Of a DNA stretch of 64,000 nt, positions 30,440 to 41,978 are shown piece after piece. The notes beneath the pieces are model-generated. The model had not been told where the DNA came from. It saw only the letters and a list, made by a program, of their open reading frames with translations, and did not search any database. This stretch comes from Nitrospirota bacterium (GTDB lineage: Bacteria; Nitrospirota; UBA9217): assembly GCA_963754875.1 (NCBI GenBank), contig CAVWHO010000022.1, positions 64,001-128,000 of the forward strand. The letters are read 5' to 3'. The position numbers and the translations under genes are program-made. Numbering within the stretch: position 1 is the stretch's first letter; every line of letters starts with the position of its first letter.

Positions 30440-31381
30440 CTACTTCTTCATCGCCGGCTGTTTTGCCGAGACGTAGGTGAGCCACTCTTCATGCTTATTG
30501 TCGCGTCCGTGAACGATATCGAAGAACGCGGCCTGGAGCTGCTTTGTCACCGGCCCCGGCTTGCCCATGCCGATTGTCCGGTTGTCGACTTCGCGGATCG
30601 GCGTGATCTCGGCGGCCGTGCCGGAAAAGAACGCCTCGTCGGCAATATAGAGTTCGTCGCGCGTGAACCGCTCTTCCACGACGCGCATGCCCCGTTCCGC
30701 AGCAAGCTGAATGATCGTTTCCCGGGTAATGCCCTCCAGGATCGAAGTCAGCGGAGGGGTCTTGATGATGCCCTTCCTCACCATGAATACGTTTTCACCG
30801 CTGCCCTCGGCAACATATCCTTCCGTATCGAGCAGCATGGCCTCATCGTACCCGTCCTTCAATGCCTCACGCTTGGCCAGCAGCCCGTTCGCATAGTTCG
30901 CCGTGGTTTTTGACCGTACCATCGTCGCATTCACATGAGGCCGGATAAAGGATGAGATCTTGACGCGAATGCCGTTTTTCATTCCCTCTTCACCAAGGTA
31001 GCTGCCCCAGGGCCAGACTGCAATGGAAACCTGAACGGGATTCTCCTTCGGAAAGACCCCCATGGCACCGTAGCCGATGTGGACAAGAGGCCGAATGTAG
31101 CACGCGTCGATCTTGTTTACGCGGACGGTTTCGAGGATAGCCTCGTTTATTGCTTCACGGGTGAACGGCATTTCTATCTGGTAGATATGAGCAGAGTCGA
31201 AGAGCCGGTCCACATGTTCCCGCAGACGGAAAACGGCAGAACCTCCGTCGGTCTTATAGCACCGGATCCCTTCGAACACGGCCGTTGCATAATGGAGCGA
31301 ATGCGTCAGGATGTGCACTTTGGCATCGTCCCATTTGACGAATGAACCGTTCATCCATATTTTTTCAGTGGCTTGAAGCAT
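30440..31381 (-). CDS. ilvE: Branched-chain amino acid aminotransferase
   Basis: HSLHY...[25 protein letters not shown]. Confidence 0.96.
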   Translation of the reverse strand: MLQATEKIWMNGSFVKWDDAKVHILTHSLHYATAVFEGIRCYKTDGGSAVFRLREHVDRLFDSAHIYQIEMPFTREAINEAILETVRVNKIDACYIRPLVHIGYGAMGVFPKENPVQVSIAVWPWGSYLGEEGMKNGIRVKISSFIRPHVNATMVRSKTTANYANGLLAKREALKDGYDEAMLLDTEGYVAEGSGENVFMVRKGIIKTPPLTSILEGITRETIIQLAAERGMRVVEERFTRDELYIADEAFFSGTAAEITPIREVDNRTIGMGKPGPVTKQLQAAFFDIVHGRDNKHEEWLTYVSAKQPAMKK

Positions 31382-31550
31382 AGGCGTAATTTATAACAGC
31401 CTGGGTCAAAATTGTCAATCCTTTTTTTCCTTGCATTGGCGAGCACCCTCTTGGCAGAACAATAACCGTGAGATCAGAATATCTGTTCAAAAACTTCAAC
31501 GACAAACTTTCTTTTTCAGCAATGATCAACTGCCAATCGCCTCCCCACGC

Positions 31551-31580
31551 AAAAAAGCCCCCTCCACGCTGGAAGGGGGC
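31551..31580 (-). terminator. Intrinsic terminator
   Basis: GCCCCCTTCCAGCGTGGAGGGGGC followed by T6. Confidence 0.8.
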
Positions 31581-31890
31581 ATCTGTATAAGGAGGATGAA
31601 CGTTTGCAGTTCATCGGTTGCTGCCATACGCCATCTGTGAGTCGCACGACTATAGTTCAGGCACGCCACAGTTATTTCTTTATGTATTGCATAATAACGT
31701 ATTATCTCGGGTATTGTAAATCGCCTGATCAGGGTATTTATGGGGGATGCCAAAAGAAAAAAAACGGGAGGTATATGTTTCAGGAGCGGGAACCCGATGG
31801 AACAGCGAGGATTGCCGATTGGCTGAATACTACAAGAGAAGCTCCGAGGCCAGCAGGCGCCTCTCGGACAGGATAATCGGATCGGTTTAT

Positions 31891-32520
31891 TTAAATGATC
31901 CCTCGTTTTCGCGCCTTGACAATAGCATCGTTTCTGTCCTTGGCCTGAAGTTTTTCGTAGATGTTTTTGATGTGCGTATGAACGGTGTGGGTGCTGATGC
32001 TCAGCCGTTCCCCGATTTCTTTATAGGTCAACCCTTCTTCGACGCGCTTGACGATCTCTTTTTCCCGCTGGGTCAGCAGGTACTGTTCGCTCACGACATC
32101 GTCCTGGAATTCATGGATGATTTTCCGCGCGATCTTCGGGCTCATGGGCGCCCCACCCTTATACAGAGCGTGAATGGACTCTATGACTTCCCGCGGACTG
32201 CTTCCTTTGAGGATATACCCGGATGCCCCGGCCTTGATGGCGGAAAAAACCATCTCCCGGTCTTCGAAGACCGTGTGGGCCATGATCTCAAGAGAGGGCA
32301 TTTCTTCCTTTACTCTTTTTATCAGGTCCACACCTGACATGCCGGGCAAGCCGAGATCGGTGAGCATCACTTCCGGCTTAGCGTTTCTGAGACCCCGCAG
32401 GGCATCCTCTGCCGACCGGTAGGAACCGGCCACGGATAGTCCTTCCTCGCCGCTCAGCAGCAGGGTCAAATTTTCAAGGAGCAGGGGATCGTCTTCAACA
32501 ATAATAAGTCGCATATTCAC
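31891..32520 (-). CDS. NarL/LuxR-family response regulator
   Basis: REC domain plus LTQREKEI...GLTYKEIGERLSISTHTVHTH HTH. Confidence 0.95.
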   Translation of the reverse strand: MNMRLIIVEDDPLLLENLTLLLSGEEGLSVAGSYRSAEDALRGLRNAKPEVMLTDLGLPGMSGVDLIKRVKEEMPSLEIMAHTVFEDREMVFSAIKAGASGYILKGSSPREVIESIHALYKGGAPMSPKIARKIIHEFQDDVVSEQYLLTQREKEIVKRVEEGLTYKEIGERLSISTHTVHTHIKNIYEKLQAKDRNDAIVKARKRGII

Positions 32521-32538
32521 ACCTTAACACAATCCGGG

Positions 32539-35500
32539 CTAGGATACTATACCCCGCACAGGGTATTTTAAGGGTAGACGCAGAGTAAAGATCACCGTGG
32601 TCCCGTTGCCGGAGTTTATAATCATGTTTCCTCCGAGCCTCTCGGCCCGACGTTTCATGTTGGACAGGCCCCTGCCGCCGGTCCTCGATTGATTGCTGTT
32701 GCATCCGATCCCGTCGTCCTGGACCGTAAGCTGGAGCTCCTGTTCTGCCACATTCAGAGTCACTGCGACGGACCGGGCGTGGGAGTGCTTTACGATATTC
32801 GTAAGCGCTTCTTTGTAAATTTTTATCAGATTGATCCAGAGAAGGCTTCCGGGCTGATCCTGTCCGTCATGCATCGATGTGTCAACCGTCAGGGCAATCT
32901 TATGCGGGTCCAGCATCTTCGTCCCCTGGTTGCGGAGTTCGGCTGCCATGGTGTGCCAGCTGAGCTCCCTGCGTGTCCAGGCTCTGCATGAAGCTTCTAA
33001 TCTCCGTGATCCCTTCCCGGGAGAGCCGCGAAATGGTGACGAGTGTTTTCTTGACGCTTTCCAGGTCCGTCGCTTTCTGGCCCAGCTCGGAAAGCATGCT
33101 GATGTTGGTCGTAATACCCCCGATGCCGTCATGGAGATCCATCAGGATCTCTTCTTTTTCCAGGAGATGCCGTTTTTCCACGGCAATCCTCTGCTCGTAC
33201 AGGTTCAACTGTTCTTCTTCCGCACGCTTGCGGTCCGTAATGTCGAAGAGCGTACCGATAACCGCCTGTTCCCCTTCGTAGTTGATGGTTCCGGCGGTCA
33301 TGTTGACCCAGCGTTCCTCTCCGTTTTTCGTCACAATTTTAAATTCATATTCCGGCGGAAGCCGTTCGCCTCGCAGGCGGGCCCGGCCGCGCTCCACTCA
33401 CCAGCTCCTTGTAATCAGGATGAATGATTGTCCAGAAATCCATGGACAAAAACTCCTCGTTCGTGTAGCCCGCGATCGCTTCGCCGGCCGGGTTTGCGTA
33501 AAAGAGCTTGCCTCCCCGATGAATGAAGATCGCTGCGGTAGTGGTTTCGGCCAGGGTACGGAATTTCGCTTCACTTTCCTGGAAGGAGCGGAGCGCCTGC
33601 TGCAGCTGTCGGTTAAGGCGTTCGCGCTCCTCTTCCGCCCGTTTGCGGTCCGTGATATCGAAGACGTTCCCGATCACCGCCGGTTTCCCTTCGAATTCGA
33701 TCAACGCCACGGTCATGTCCACCCAGCGGACCTCGCAGCTCTTCGTAACGATCCTGAATTCATAGCGGGTAAAGGTCTGCTCGCCGCGAAGGTGCGCCCT
33801 CCCCCGTTCCATGATCATGTCCCGGTCCTCGGGATGCGCCACGGCCCAGAAATCCAGGGTAAGGAATTCCGTGCGCGTAAAGCCGCTCATGGAGAGGCTT
33901 GCCGGATTCGCATAGAGAAACTTGCCTCCCTGATGGATAAAGATTGCGGCCGGTGCGGTCTCTGCCAGCGAACGGAATTTTGCCTCGCTCTCTTCAAGGG
34001 AATGCAGCGTCTGCTGCAGCCGTCGGTTAAGCCGCTCACGCTCTTCTTCCGCCTGTTTGCGGTCCGTGATATCGAAGAGCGTTGCAATGACCGCAGGTTG
34101 TCCTTCATAGTCAATGATGCCCGATGACGTAATGGCCCAACGTTCTTCACCATGTTTGGTCAAAACTTTGAACTCGTATTCCCGGGGAGCTTCTGCGCCG
34201 GATATCCGCGTTCGTCCTCGCTCCCGTACCATATCACGGTACTCGGGGTGAACGATCTCCCAGAATTCCATGCGCAAAAAATCGTCAAACGTATATCCGG
34301 TGATCTTTTGCACGGCGGGATTGGCGTACAGGAACTTACCTCCCCGGTGGATAATGATGGAGGCCGTCGTGGTTTCAGCCAGGGTCCGGAATCGGGTCTC
34401 GCTCTCCTTCAGGGATTGCAGCGCCTGTTGCAGCTGCTGGTAGTAGAGTTCCCGCTCTTCCCTCGCCCGCTTGAGGTCGGTGATATCGCGCATGACAGCT
34501 GCGCGGGCGACCAGCTTCCTCGATGTTTCGTCATTGACATCAAAACTGTACATATCGACGGGGATCGGGGTGCCGGTTTTAAAATGTTTCAGTCTGAACT
34601 CGCCTCGCCACGTACCACTCCGCTTGTGTTCTCGGTGTGCCGGGAGGTCTTCCGGCATGAAGTAATCGTCGGATATTGTTTTTCTGACGTCGTCCTCCGG
34701 GTCGAGGCCCACGAGCTTTCGACCGGCGCTGTTAATGAAGATGACCGTGCCGTCCATGTCGGTCATTCCGATGAAATCGGAGCTGTTCTCGATGAGCAAG
34801 ACCATCTTGTCTCGTTCCGCCTCTGCTCGCTTGCGCCCGGTAATGTCAATGAGCGTCCCGATGACCGCCGGCTTGCCTTCAAATTCGGAGATACCGCCGG
34901 TCATGAGGACCCAGCGCTCCTCGCCGTTTTTTCTCACCAGCTTAAACTCGTACTGAGTAGGCACTGTCGCTGTTGCCGGTCAAGCGTTCACTCGCCCGTC
35001 TCTTCACCATTTCGACAAAGTCCGGGTGAACCAGGCTCATAAAGTGCATGGTGAGGTATTCGTCTACGGTATATCCGCCGATTACTTCGGCTGCGCGGTT
35101 TGCGTAGAGAAAATTCCCGCCCTGATGGATGAAAATCGCCATGGCTGCCGTCTCAGCGAGGGTACGGAATTTTTCCTCGCTTTCCCGGAGAGAGACAATG
35201 GCTCTTTCCACGGTGAGATGCATCTGGTCTTTCTCCAAGATTGTGCTTTTCCCTTTCCAGGTTCTGTAGCACGCGGTTCCGGAAGAAATCTTTCCGCTGA
35301 TATAATTCCCGCTGGTAGATCGTAAACATGCCCATTAGGTTCGCGGAGATATAGAAGAAATTATCCGTCAGCAAAACGGGAAGCGCCGTATGGCTTATCC
35401 AGATGGCGGAAATCTCATAAAGACCGATGATCGTCCAGCACACGACTGTCGCGTAGAGAAACCGCAGCTTGAAGGACGTATAGGAAGTCATGAAGACAAG

Positions 35501-35875
35501 CAGGAGTCCTGCAAAGTGGAAATACCGCCCTGACATCTGCGTTATGACGATCAAGGCGACAATGCCGCCCCCACCCACAAAGACAAGAAACGAGACGAGT
35601 ATCTGCTGGTATTTCTTGAACTGCCGGGAAAAAGAGAAGGACCACACAAAAATGGCGGTAGGAATGACGATGACGTAGCGGATAAACCATGCCTGAAATT
35701 TTACTTCGGGCGTGACCAGGCCATCCAAAATCCCGAATAACGCATAAATAGCCGCAACAACAGCGATGCTTATCCGCAGCTGGTTCAGAGATTTATTAAA
35801 AGACTCCTCTTGAAAGGCCTGTTCAAGCTCATCTGGGAACTGCATGCGCAGTTTATCGATCGGCATCGTTTCCAT
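32539..35875 (-). CDS. Membrane sensor histidine kinase (multi-TM domain, 5 PAS, HisKA_3, HATPase), about 1110 aa, with four +1 frameshifts
   Basis: DLHDGIGG, EALTNIVKHS, DDGIG, GRGLSNM; five ORF fragments join on removing one base at ~35235, ~34968, ~33398 and ~32972. Confidence 0.85.
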
Positions 35876-36154
35876 AAGGCAGCCTTTTTACCTCTCCGGC
35901 CGTGCGTGAGTATGTCAGGGACCGTCGCAGCAAATCGGCGAAGAGAAACATTAACTTGCATCATTGTATGGTAGCGCCGTCGTTCAGTCAAGCGAATATT
36001 CGAAGATTTCCTTCATTATTGACGGCTGCTGCGATGAGCTGCAAGTCGGTTTTCCTTTTTGACAACCGAAAGGACATGCTCGACATCCCTTTTTGTTTGA
36101 CAGAGCTCAGGACAGGAGCTACACTTAGACTGTGAGTCACAGAAAGGGGGTCTC

Positions 36155-36616
36155 ATGCAGATCAAAACCATCCTTTTCCCAACGGATTTTTCACAGGGTG
36201 CCCGCGCCGCCATGGACCATGCTATTTCGCTCGCCAAGGATTATCAGGCTAAACTCATTCTCCTCTATGTGATCCAGGACATCAGCATCGCTGAATGGTA
36301 TATTCCTTCTTCCCTTTCCGCCGCCGATCTGGTGGAGGATATGCAAAAGAGCGCCTGGAATGAAATGGACAAGTGGGGGGCGGAAGTTTCGCAGAGAGTC
36401 AAAGACGTGGAAAAGCTGGTTGTGCGTGGCGTGCCCTTTGTCGAGATCATCAGGACGGCAAAGGAAAGGCAGGCTGACATGATTGTCATCGGCACTCATG
36501 GAAGGACGGGCATCGACCACATGCTCTTCGGGAGTACCGCCGAGAAGGTGGTTCGCAAAGCGGCCTGTCCGGTGCTGACGGTCCGCATCCCCGGTAGAGA
36601 GTTCAAGATGCCATAA
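36155..36616 (+). CDS. Universal stress protein
   Basis: ILFPTDFS...IVIGTHGRTG...GSTAEKVVR. Confidence 0.95.
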   Translation: MQIKTILFPTDFSQGARAAMDHAISLAKDYQAKLILLYVIQDISIAEWYIPSSLSAADLVEDMQKSAWNEMDKWGAEVSQRVKDVEKLVVRGVPFVEIIRTAKERQADMIVIGTHGRTGIDHMLFGSTAEKVVRKAACPVLTVRIPGREFKMP

Positions 36617-36740
36617 AAGCAAAAGTCAAATTCGAAATGAAGTCGCTGCGGAAGCAAAAAGGATTGTTTGTGTCATTTGAAAGAGGAAGTAGGTACTACT
36701 GAATTAGTTACAACATAATTTTTTTAAAGGGGCCTAACAC

Positions 36741-36773
36741 AAAGAGGCTGGTTATCGTATAACCAGCCTCTTT
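36741..36773. terminator. Hairpin terminator between convergent genes
   Basis: AAAGAGGCTGGTTAT-CGT-ATAACCAGCCTCTTT. Confidence 0.75.
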
Positions 36774-36780
36774 CATTTTT

Positions 36781-37206
36781 CTATTGCCCGAGGAGCGTCG
36801 TGAAGGTGTCGTGGTGACCTTCTTCCTCGGAAAGGATCTCTTCGAAAAGCAACCGCGTCGTCTCGTCCTTTTCCGATGCGGCCTGTTTGATGATGTCTTT
36901 ATACAGCGTGATTGCTTCTTCCTCTGCCTTGGTGTCTGCCTTCAGCATTTGGGTAGCGTCCCCGCCCGTGACAATGGGTGTTGGCTTGGTGGTAGGATTG
37001 ACATCAAAATAAAATAATCTCTCGGCGATCTTTTCCGCATGCTTCATCTCGTCCATGGACACCTTTTCAAAAACCCCGGAGAGCGATTCTGCAGTCATTC
37101 CTTTTACCATGACATGGTGCCACATGTATTGCACGATTGCCTGGAGTTCTCCTGCAATAGCCTGGTTCATCATTTCGGTCAATTTTGGACTCGCCTTCTG
37201 GACCAT
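36781..37206 (-). CDS. Ferritin-like / bacterioferritin-family protein
   Basis: ELQAIVQY, DEMKHAE and EEEGH di-iron motifs; start MVQKAS. Confidence 0.9.
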   Translation of the reverse strand: MVQKASPKLTEMMNQAIAGELQAIVQYMWHHVMVKGMTAESLSGVFEKVSMDEMKHAEKIAERLFYFDVNPTTKPTPIVTGGDATQMLKADTKAEEEAITLYKDIIKQAASEKDETTRLLFEEILSEEEGHHDTFTTLLGQ

Positions 37207-37519
37207 ATTCGTGCCTCCTTCGTGGGATGATGTGCGTTGGATAGAGTGGTTGATTCGTGTGCGGTTGAATACAATAACTATAGCACAGGAAAAGGGGGTT
37301 TGCAAATAGGTACAAAGAGCGCCTTCTTGTTACATTCCTTTTCCCGTAAAAGTTGAGCTATGTACCATATTCCTAAAGAAGAAAAGAATATCAGCGAAAT
37401 TCAAGATGGCTCTTCTTTCTCAGTGAAGTCAAGCACATTTCACAAATTCCAGTTGCCTTATGTGGCCTCTTGAAATATAATGTCGCGATATTTATCACCT
37501 ACAAGGAGTATCGACCTCT

Positions 37520-39460
37520 ATGAGTAAGAATTTAGTTTATAAAATATTGGAATCCCACCTTATCGAAGGAAAGCTTGAGGCAGGTGCCGAGATTGCTATC
37601 AAGATCGACCAGACGCTGACGCAGGACGCTACGGGAACCATGGCATACTTGCAGTTTGAGGCCATGGATGTGCCCCGCGTAAAAACGGAACTTTCTGTGA
37701 GCTATGTAGATCATAACACGCTCCAGGACGGGTTTGAGAATGCTGATGACCACCGGTATCTCATGACCGTGGCCTCGAAGTACGGCATCCACTACTCAAA
37801 AGCGGGGAACGGCATCTGTCATCAGGTACACCTCGAACGTTTCGGCAGGCCCGGCAAAACGCTGCTTGGTTCTGACTCTCACACGCCCACTGGCGGCGGC
37901 ATCGGCATGATCGCAATCGGAGCCGGCGGGCTGGACGTCGCCGTGGCCATGGGAGGCGGACCTTTCTATCTCTCCTGTCCCAAAGTCGTGAAGGTGAACC
38001 TGACGGGAAAGCTCCGGCCCTGGGTCTCGGCAAAGGATGTGATTCTTACGATTCTCAAGATGCTCACGACAAAAGGCAACGTCGGCACGATAATTGAGTA
38101 TGGTGGCGACGGTGTAAAGACACTCTCCGTGCCCGAGCGCGCCACGATCACAAACATGGGCGCCGAACTCGGGGTGACCACCTCGATCTTTCCGAGCGAC
38201 GAGATCACGAAGACGTTTCTCACGGCTCAGCGCCGTGAATCGGACTGGACCAGCCTCGTAGCTGATGTTAATGCAGAGTACGATAAAGTAATCGACCTCG
38301 ACCTCGGCAAAATCGAGCCGCTTATGGCCAAGCCACACTCACCGGATAACATCGCCACGGTAAAGGAACTTGCCGGGACCAAGGTTGATCAAGTCATGGT
38401 CGGCTCGTGCACGAACTCGTCCTACCGTGACCTCATGCTCGTCGCATCAATGTTAAAAGGAAGGCGGGTGTTCCCGGATGTGAGCTTCGGCGTTGCACCG
38501 GGATCGCGCCAAGTGCTCGAAATGATCGCGAGGAACGGCGCGCTTGCCGACATCGTTTCCGCAGGCGCACGAGTTCTCGAATCCACCTGCGGCTTCTGCA
38601 TCGGCGCAGGCCAGGCGCCGAAAACAGAAGCTGTCTCGATCCGCACGAACAACCGGAACTTCGAGGGCCGTTCAGGCACCAAAAGTGCCAGGGTGTTTCT
38701 TGCAAGCCCCGAGTCCGCCGTTGCCGCAGCTCTCACCGGGGGGATTATGGATCCGCGCGACCTCGGTATTCCTTATCCCGAGATCGTGGTGCCTGACCAG
38801 TTCTGGATCGACGACACGATGATCCTTCCTCCGGCAAAAGACCCGTTGTCCGCGGCCGTGTTTCGCGGACCGAATATCGGAGACCCGCCGGCTGCTGAGC
38901 CGCTTGCCGAGACCATCAGGGGCGTCGTCGCGATCAAAGTCGGTGACAAGACCACGACGGACCACATTATGCCAGCGGGCTCGCGGCTTAAGTATCGCTC
39001 GAACATTCCGAAATATGCCGAATTCGTGTTCGAGGGCGTAGATGCGACATTCTCGAGAAAGGCGCTGGAGAACAAGAAGGCGGGGATCCATAACATCGTG
39101 ATCGCCGGACAAAGCTACGGCCAGGGTTCGAGCCGGGAGCACGCGGCTATCTGCCCCATGTATTTGGGGGTCAAAGCCGTGATCGCGAAATCCTTCGAGC
39201 GCATTCACGCGGCGAACCTCATCAACTTCGGCATTCTGCCGCTCATTTTTGCGAATGAAGCCGATTATGATGGGATCGGAGCAAGTGACAGGATCGAGAT
39301 AGCGGATATCAAGATCACGCTTTCGAAAGGCGCGGACCTGGTTCTTAAGAATATGACGAATGGACAGACAGCGGCGCTCAAGTATTCTTTGAGCCCGAGG
39401 CAGCGTGATATTCTGCTGGCCGGCGGCATGCTGAATTACACTCGATCACATTCTGCTTAG
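37520..39460 (+). CDS. Aconitate hydratase (short type)
   Basis: GICHQ, DSHT, GSCTN, CGFCIG, TTDHI, GSSREHA. Confidence 0.93.
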   Translation: MSKNLVYKILESHLIEGKLEAGAEIAIKIDQTLTQDATGTMAYLQFEAMDVPRVKTELSVSYVDHNTLQDGFENADDHRYLMTVASKYGIHYSKAGNGICHQVHLERFGRPGKTLLGSDSHTPTGGGIGMIAIGAGGLDVAVAMGGGPFYLSCPKVVKVNLTGKLRPWVSAKDVILTILKMLTTKGNVGTIIEYGGDGVKTLSVPERATITNMGAELGVTTSIFPSDEITKTFLTAQRRESDWTSLVADVNAEYDKVIDLDLGKIEPLMAKPHSPDNIATVKELAGTKVDQVMVGSCTNSSYRDLMLVASMLKGRRVFPDVSFGVAPGSRQVLEMIARNGALADIVSAGARVLESTCGFCIGAGQAPKTEAVSIRTNNRNFEGRSGTKSARVFLASPESAVAAALTGGIMDPRDLGIPYPEIVVPDQFWIDDTMILPPAKDPLSAAVFRGPNIGDPPAAEPLAETIRGVVAIKVGDKTTTDHIMPAGSRLKYRSNIPKYAEFVFEGVDATFSRKALENKKAGIHNIVIAGQSYGQGSSREHAAICPMYLGVKAVIAKSFERIHAANLINFGILPLIFANEADYDGIGASDRIEIADIKITLSKGADLVLKNMTNGQTAALKYSLSPRQRDILLAGGMLNYTRSHSA

Positions 39461-39497
39461 ACCGCTCCGTCTGAATGAACTTTCTGCCGAATGACAA

Positions 39498-39536
39498 GAA
39501 GCCGCACCTGTTCAGGTGCGGCTTCCCTCGTTTTTT
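39498..39536 (+). terminator. Intrinsic terminator-like hairpin
   Basis: GAAGCCGCACCTG-TT-CAGGTGCGGCTTC then a T-run. Confidence 0.7.
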
Positions 39537-39560
39537 GACAGTCACAGGCTTGTACCTGCT

Positions 39561-40598
39561 TTATTCCATCGATGAAAGCTTCACTTCCCGCAAATACTTT
39601 GCAGCATCCTCCGGCGGCGTAGGGTTGATGTAGAAGCCCGATCCCCACTCGAAGCCCGCAACCCGGGTGAGCCGCGGCATAATCTCGAGGTGCCAGTGGA
39701 AATCGTCGTTCAGCGTATGCCAGTGTCCGCGACGCGGCACGCGATTTGGGGCCGAATAGAGCATATAATTATAGGGCGGATGGTTCAGGACTTTCCCGAT
39801 CCTCTGCAGCGTGTGCCTGAGCGTCCGGGAAAAATCCATAATCTCTTCTTTCGTAACATCGACATAGGAGCACAGGTGCTTTTTCGGGTAGATCCAGGTC
39901 TCGAAGGGGAAGCGGGGCGCAAAAGGGACCATGACAACGAAATGACGCGTCTCTTCTACCACCCGTTCCGGCGTCAGAAGTTCCTGCCGGATGATGTCGC
40001 AGAAGATGCACCGCTCCTTATAATCGTAATACGATTTGGCGCCGTCCAGCTTTTCCTTTACGAACTTGGGAATCACCGGTGTAGCGATGATCTGGGAATG
40101 GGCATGGTTCAGGGCCGAACCGGCAATCCTCCCCTGATTTTTGAAAACCAGAACGTATCTGAGGCGGCTGTCCCGTTCGAGATCGAGTATGCGGTCGCGG
40201 TAGGACCAGAGGACCTTTTCAACCTGACTTTCGGGAAGGTCTTCGAGCCGGATTGCATGTTCCGGGCTTTCGATGATGATCTCGTGGGCCCCGATGCCGT
40301 TCATCCAGTCGTAGATGCCGCTGCCTTCGCGTTCGAGGTTGCCCTCGATGTGAAGCACCGGGAATTTACTCGGAATGACGCGTACCCACCAGCCTTGGGC
40401 ATTCGGCAGGGTCTTCTCAGGCCTGAAGGAAGCGATCTCCGGCGGGGTTTTCGTCTCATTGCCCCCGCAAAAGGGGCACTCCGTCGGGCTTACATCGTCC
40501 GGAGGTTCTTCAAAGGTATATTCTTCGGGCTTTTTGGGACGCGCGGTGGATACAATGATCCACCGGCCGACAATAGGGTCCTTGCGCAGGCGTGACAT
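39561..40598 (-). CDS. galT: Galactose-1-phosphate uridylyltransferase family
   Basis: CPFC, HAHSQ (HxHxQ), HWHLEI. Confidence 0.9.
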   Translation of the reverse strand: MSRLRKDPIVGRWIIVSTARPKKPEEYTFEEPPDDVSPTECPFCGGNETKTPPEIASFRPEKTLPNAQGWWVRVIPSKFPVLHIEGNLEREGSGIYDWMNGIGAHEIIIESPEHAIRLEDLPESQVEKVLWSYRDRILDLERDSRLRYVLVFKNQGRIAGSALNHAHSQIIATPVIPKFVKEKLDGAKSYYDYKERCIFCDIIRQELLTPERVVEETRHFVVMVPFAPRFPFETWIYPKKHLCSYVDVTKEEIMDFSRTLRHTLQRIGKVLNHPPYNYMLYSAPNRVPRRGHWHTLNDDFHWHLEIMPRLTRVAGFEWGSGFYINPTPPEDAAKYLREVKLSSME

Positions 40599-40975
40599 CA
40601 GCTGCCTGACCTCGCCTTCTGCTCCGTCAGTACTTTATGCACGATCCGTTTCAATTCTTTGATGCGGATGGGCTTGTTGATGTATTCGGCGGCTCCAAGG
40701 CTCATGGCCTTAAGATAACTTTCTACTTCACCGTATGCCGTCACCATGATCACGTCGGTTTTGGACCCCATCTTTCGTATCTCCTGCAGAAGCTGAAGTC
40801 CGTCCATGACCGGCATTTTGATGTCGGTGATCACCAGATTGAAGGGCTGATTTTTGAACAGGGTCAGTGCATCCTCGCCGCTATTGGCGAGGGCAACCTC
40901 ATATCCTTCATCCGTCAGGATGGTATTGAACAATTCCCGGGCGCCCTCTTCGTCATCAACAACAAGGATATTCAT
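40598..40975 (-). CDS. Single-domain response regulator
   Basis: ILVVDDE, DIKMP, TAY, KP. Confidence 0.92.
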   Translation of the reverse strand: MNILVVDDEEGARELFNTILTDEGYEVALANSGEDALTLFKNQPFNLVITDIKMPVMDGLQLLQEIRKMGSKTDVIMVTAYGEVESYLKAMSLGAAEYINKPIRIKELKRIVHKVLTEQKARSGS

Positions 40976-41104
40976 CTATTCTCCTCATAAACGGTTGTAA
41001 AGGAAAAATATCATAAAAATGTGGAATCGTCAAGGTAACGGGATGGATAGATTTGTAGCAGCGATTACAGTTTTGCGAGCATGTCGAAGGTTGTCACTGA
41101 AAAA

Positions 41105-41869
41105 TCAACGATTTATTTCGTAAAGAAATCGTAAGCCCTCAAGCGTCAGCTGGGGTTTTATCTGCCGGATGCTCCTCGTTTCCGGCGATACCAGTTCTGC
41201 CAGTCCGCCCGTTGCCACAACTTTGGCTTGGTCGGACAGCTCCTTCTTCATCCGTTCCACGATACCGTCCACCAGACCGGCGTAACCGTAGATAATACCC
41301 GCCTGCATTGCACTGACAGTATCGGTACCGATCACTTTTTGCGGTTTCGTGAGTTCGACGCGTGGCAGCTTCGAGGCGCGCTGGAACAAGGCCTCCGCGG
41401 AAATTTTTATGCCCGGACAGATCGCCCCACCCAGATAATGGCCGCTCTCAGTCACCGCACAAAACGTAGTCGCCGTGCCGAAGTCAACGATAATGAGCGG
41501 GCCTCCATAGAGATGATACGCTCCAGCAGCATTCACGATGCGGTCTGCGCCGACCTCCTTGGGGTTGTCAGAGCGGATCACAATGCCCGTCTTGAGTTTG
41601 TGCGTCACGACCATGGGCTCGATGTGAAAATATTTCCGGGTCATCTCGGTCATCACGGGCAAAAGCGGCGGCACGACGGTTGAGATGATCACACCGGCGA
41701 TCTGCTTAAACTCAAGTTTGGCGAAATTGAAGAGGTCCTTGAAGATCATAGCGTACTCATCGGGCGTGATCTGCGTATTGGTGCCCACGCGCCAATTCTC
41801 GACGAGCCTGTCACCGTCAAATACGCCGAGCACGACGTTCGTGTTTCCGATGTCGATGGCTAAAAGCAT
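41105..41869 (-). CDS. coaX: Type III pantothenate kinase
   Basis: AIDIGNTN, GADR, DFGTATT. Confidence 0.95.
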   Translation of the reverse strand: MLLAIDIGNTNVVLGVFDGDRLVENWRVGTNTQITPDEYAMIFKDLFNFAKLEFKQIAGVIISTVVPPLLPVMTEMTRKYFHIEPMVVTHKLKTGIVIRSDNPKEVGADRIVNAAGAYHLYGGPLIIVDFGTATTFCAVTESGHYLGGAICPGIKISAEALFQRASKLPRVELTKPQKVIGTDTVSAMQAGIIYGYAGLVDGIVERMKKELSDQAKVVATGGLAELVSPETRSIRQIKPQLTLEGLRFLYEINR

Positions 41870-41888
41870 GTTTCCTCCGGAAAAATCA

Positions 41889-41978
41889 AGGGTCACGGGG
41901 CCAGGGTTCGGGGTCACGGTAAGACAAAGGCTGGATGGACGTTGCTTTCCCATGACCCTTGCTCCTTGACTCCTGACC
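41889..41978. repeat. Inverted arrays of degenerate heptamers (GGGTCAx / xTGACCC)
   Basis: agggtcacggggccagggttcggggtcacgg ... ccatgacccttgctccttgactcctgacc. Confidence 0.55.
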
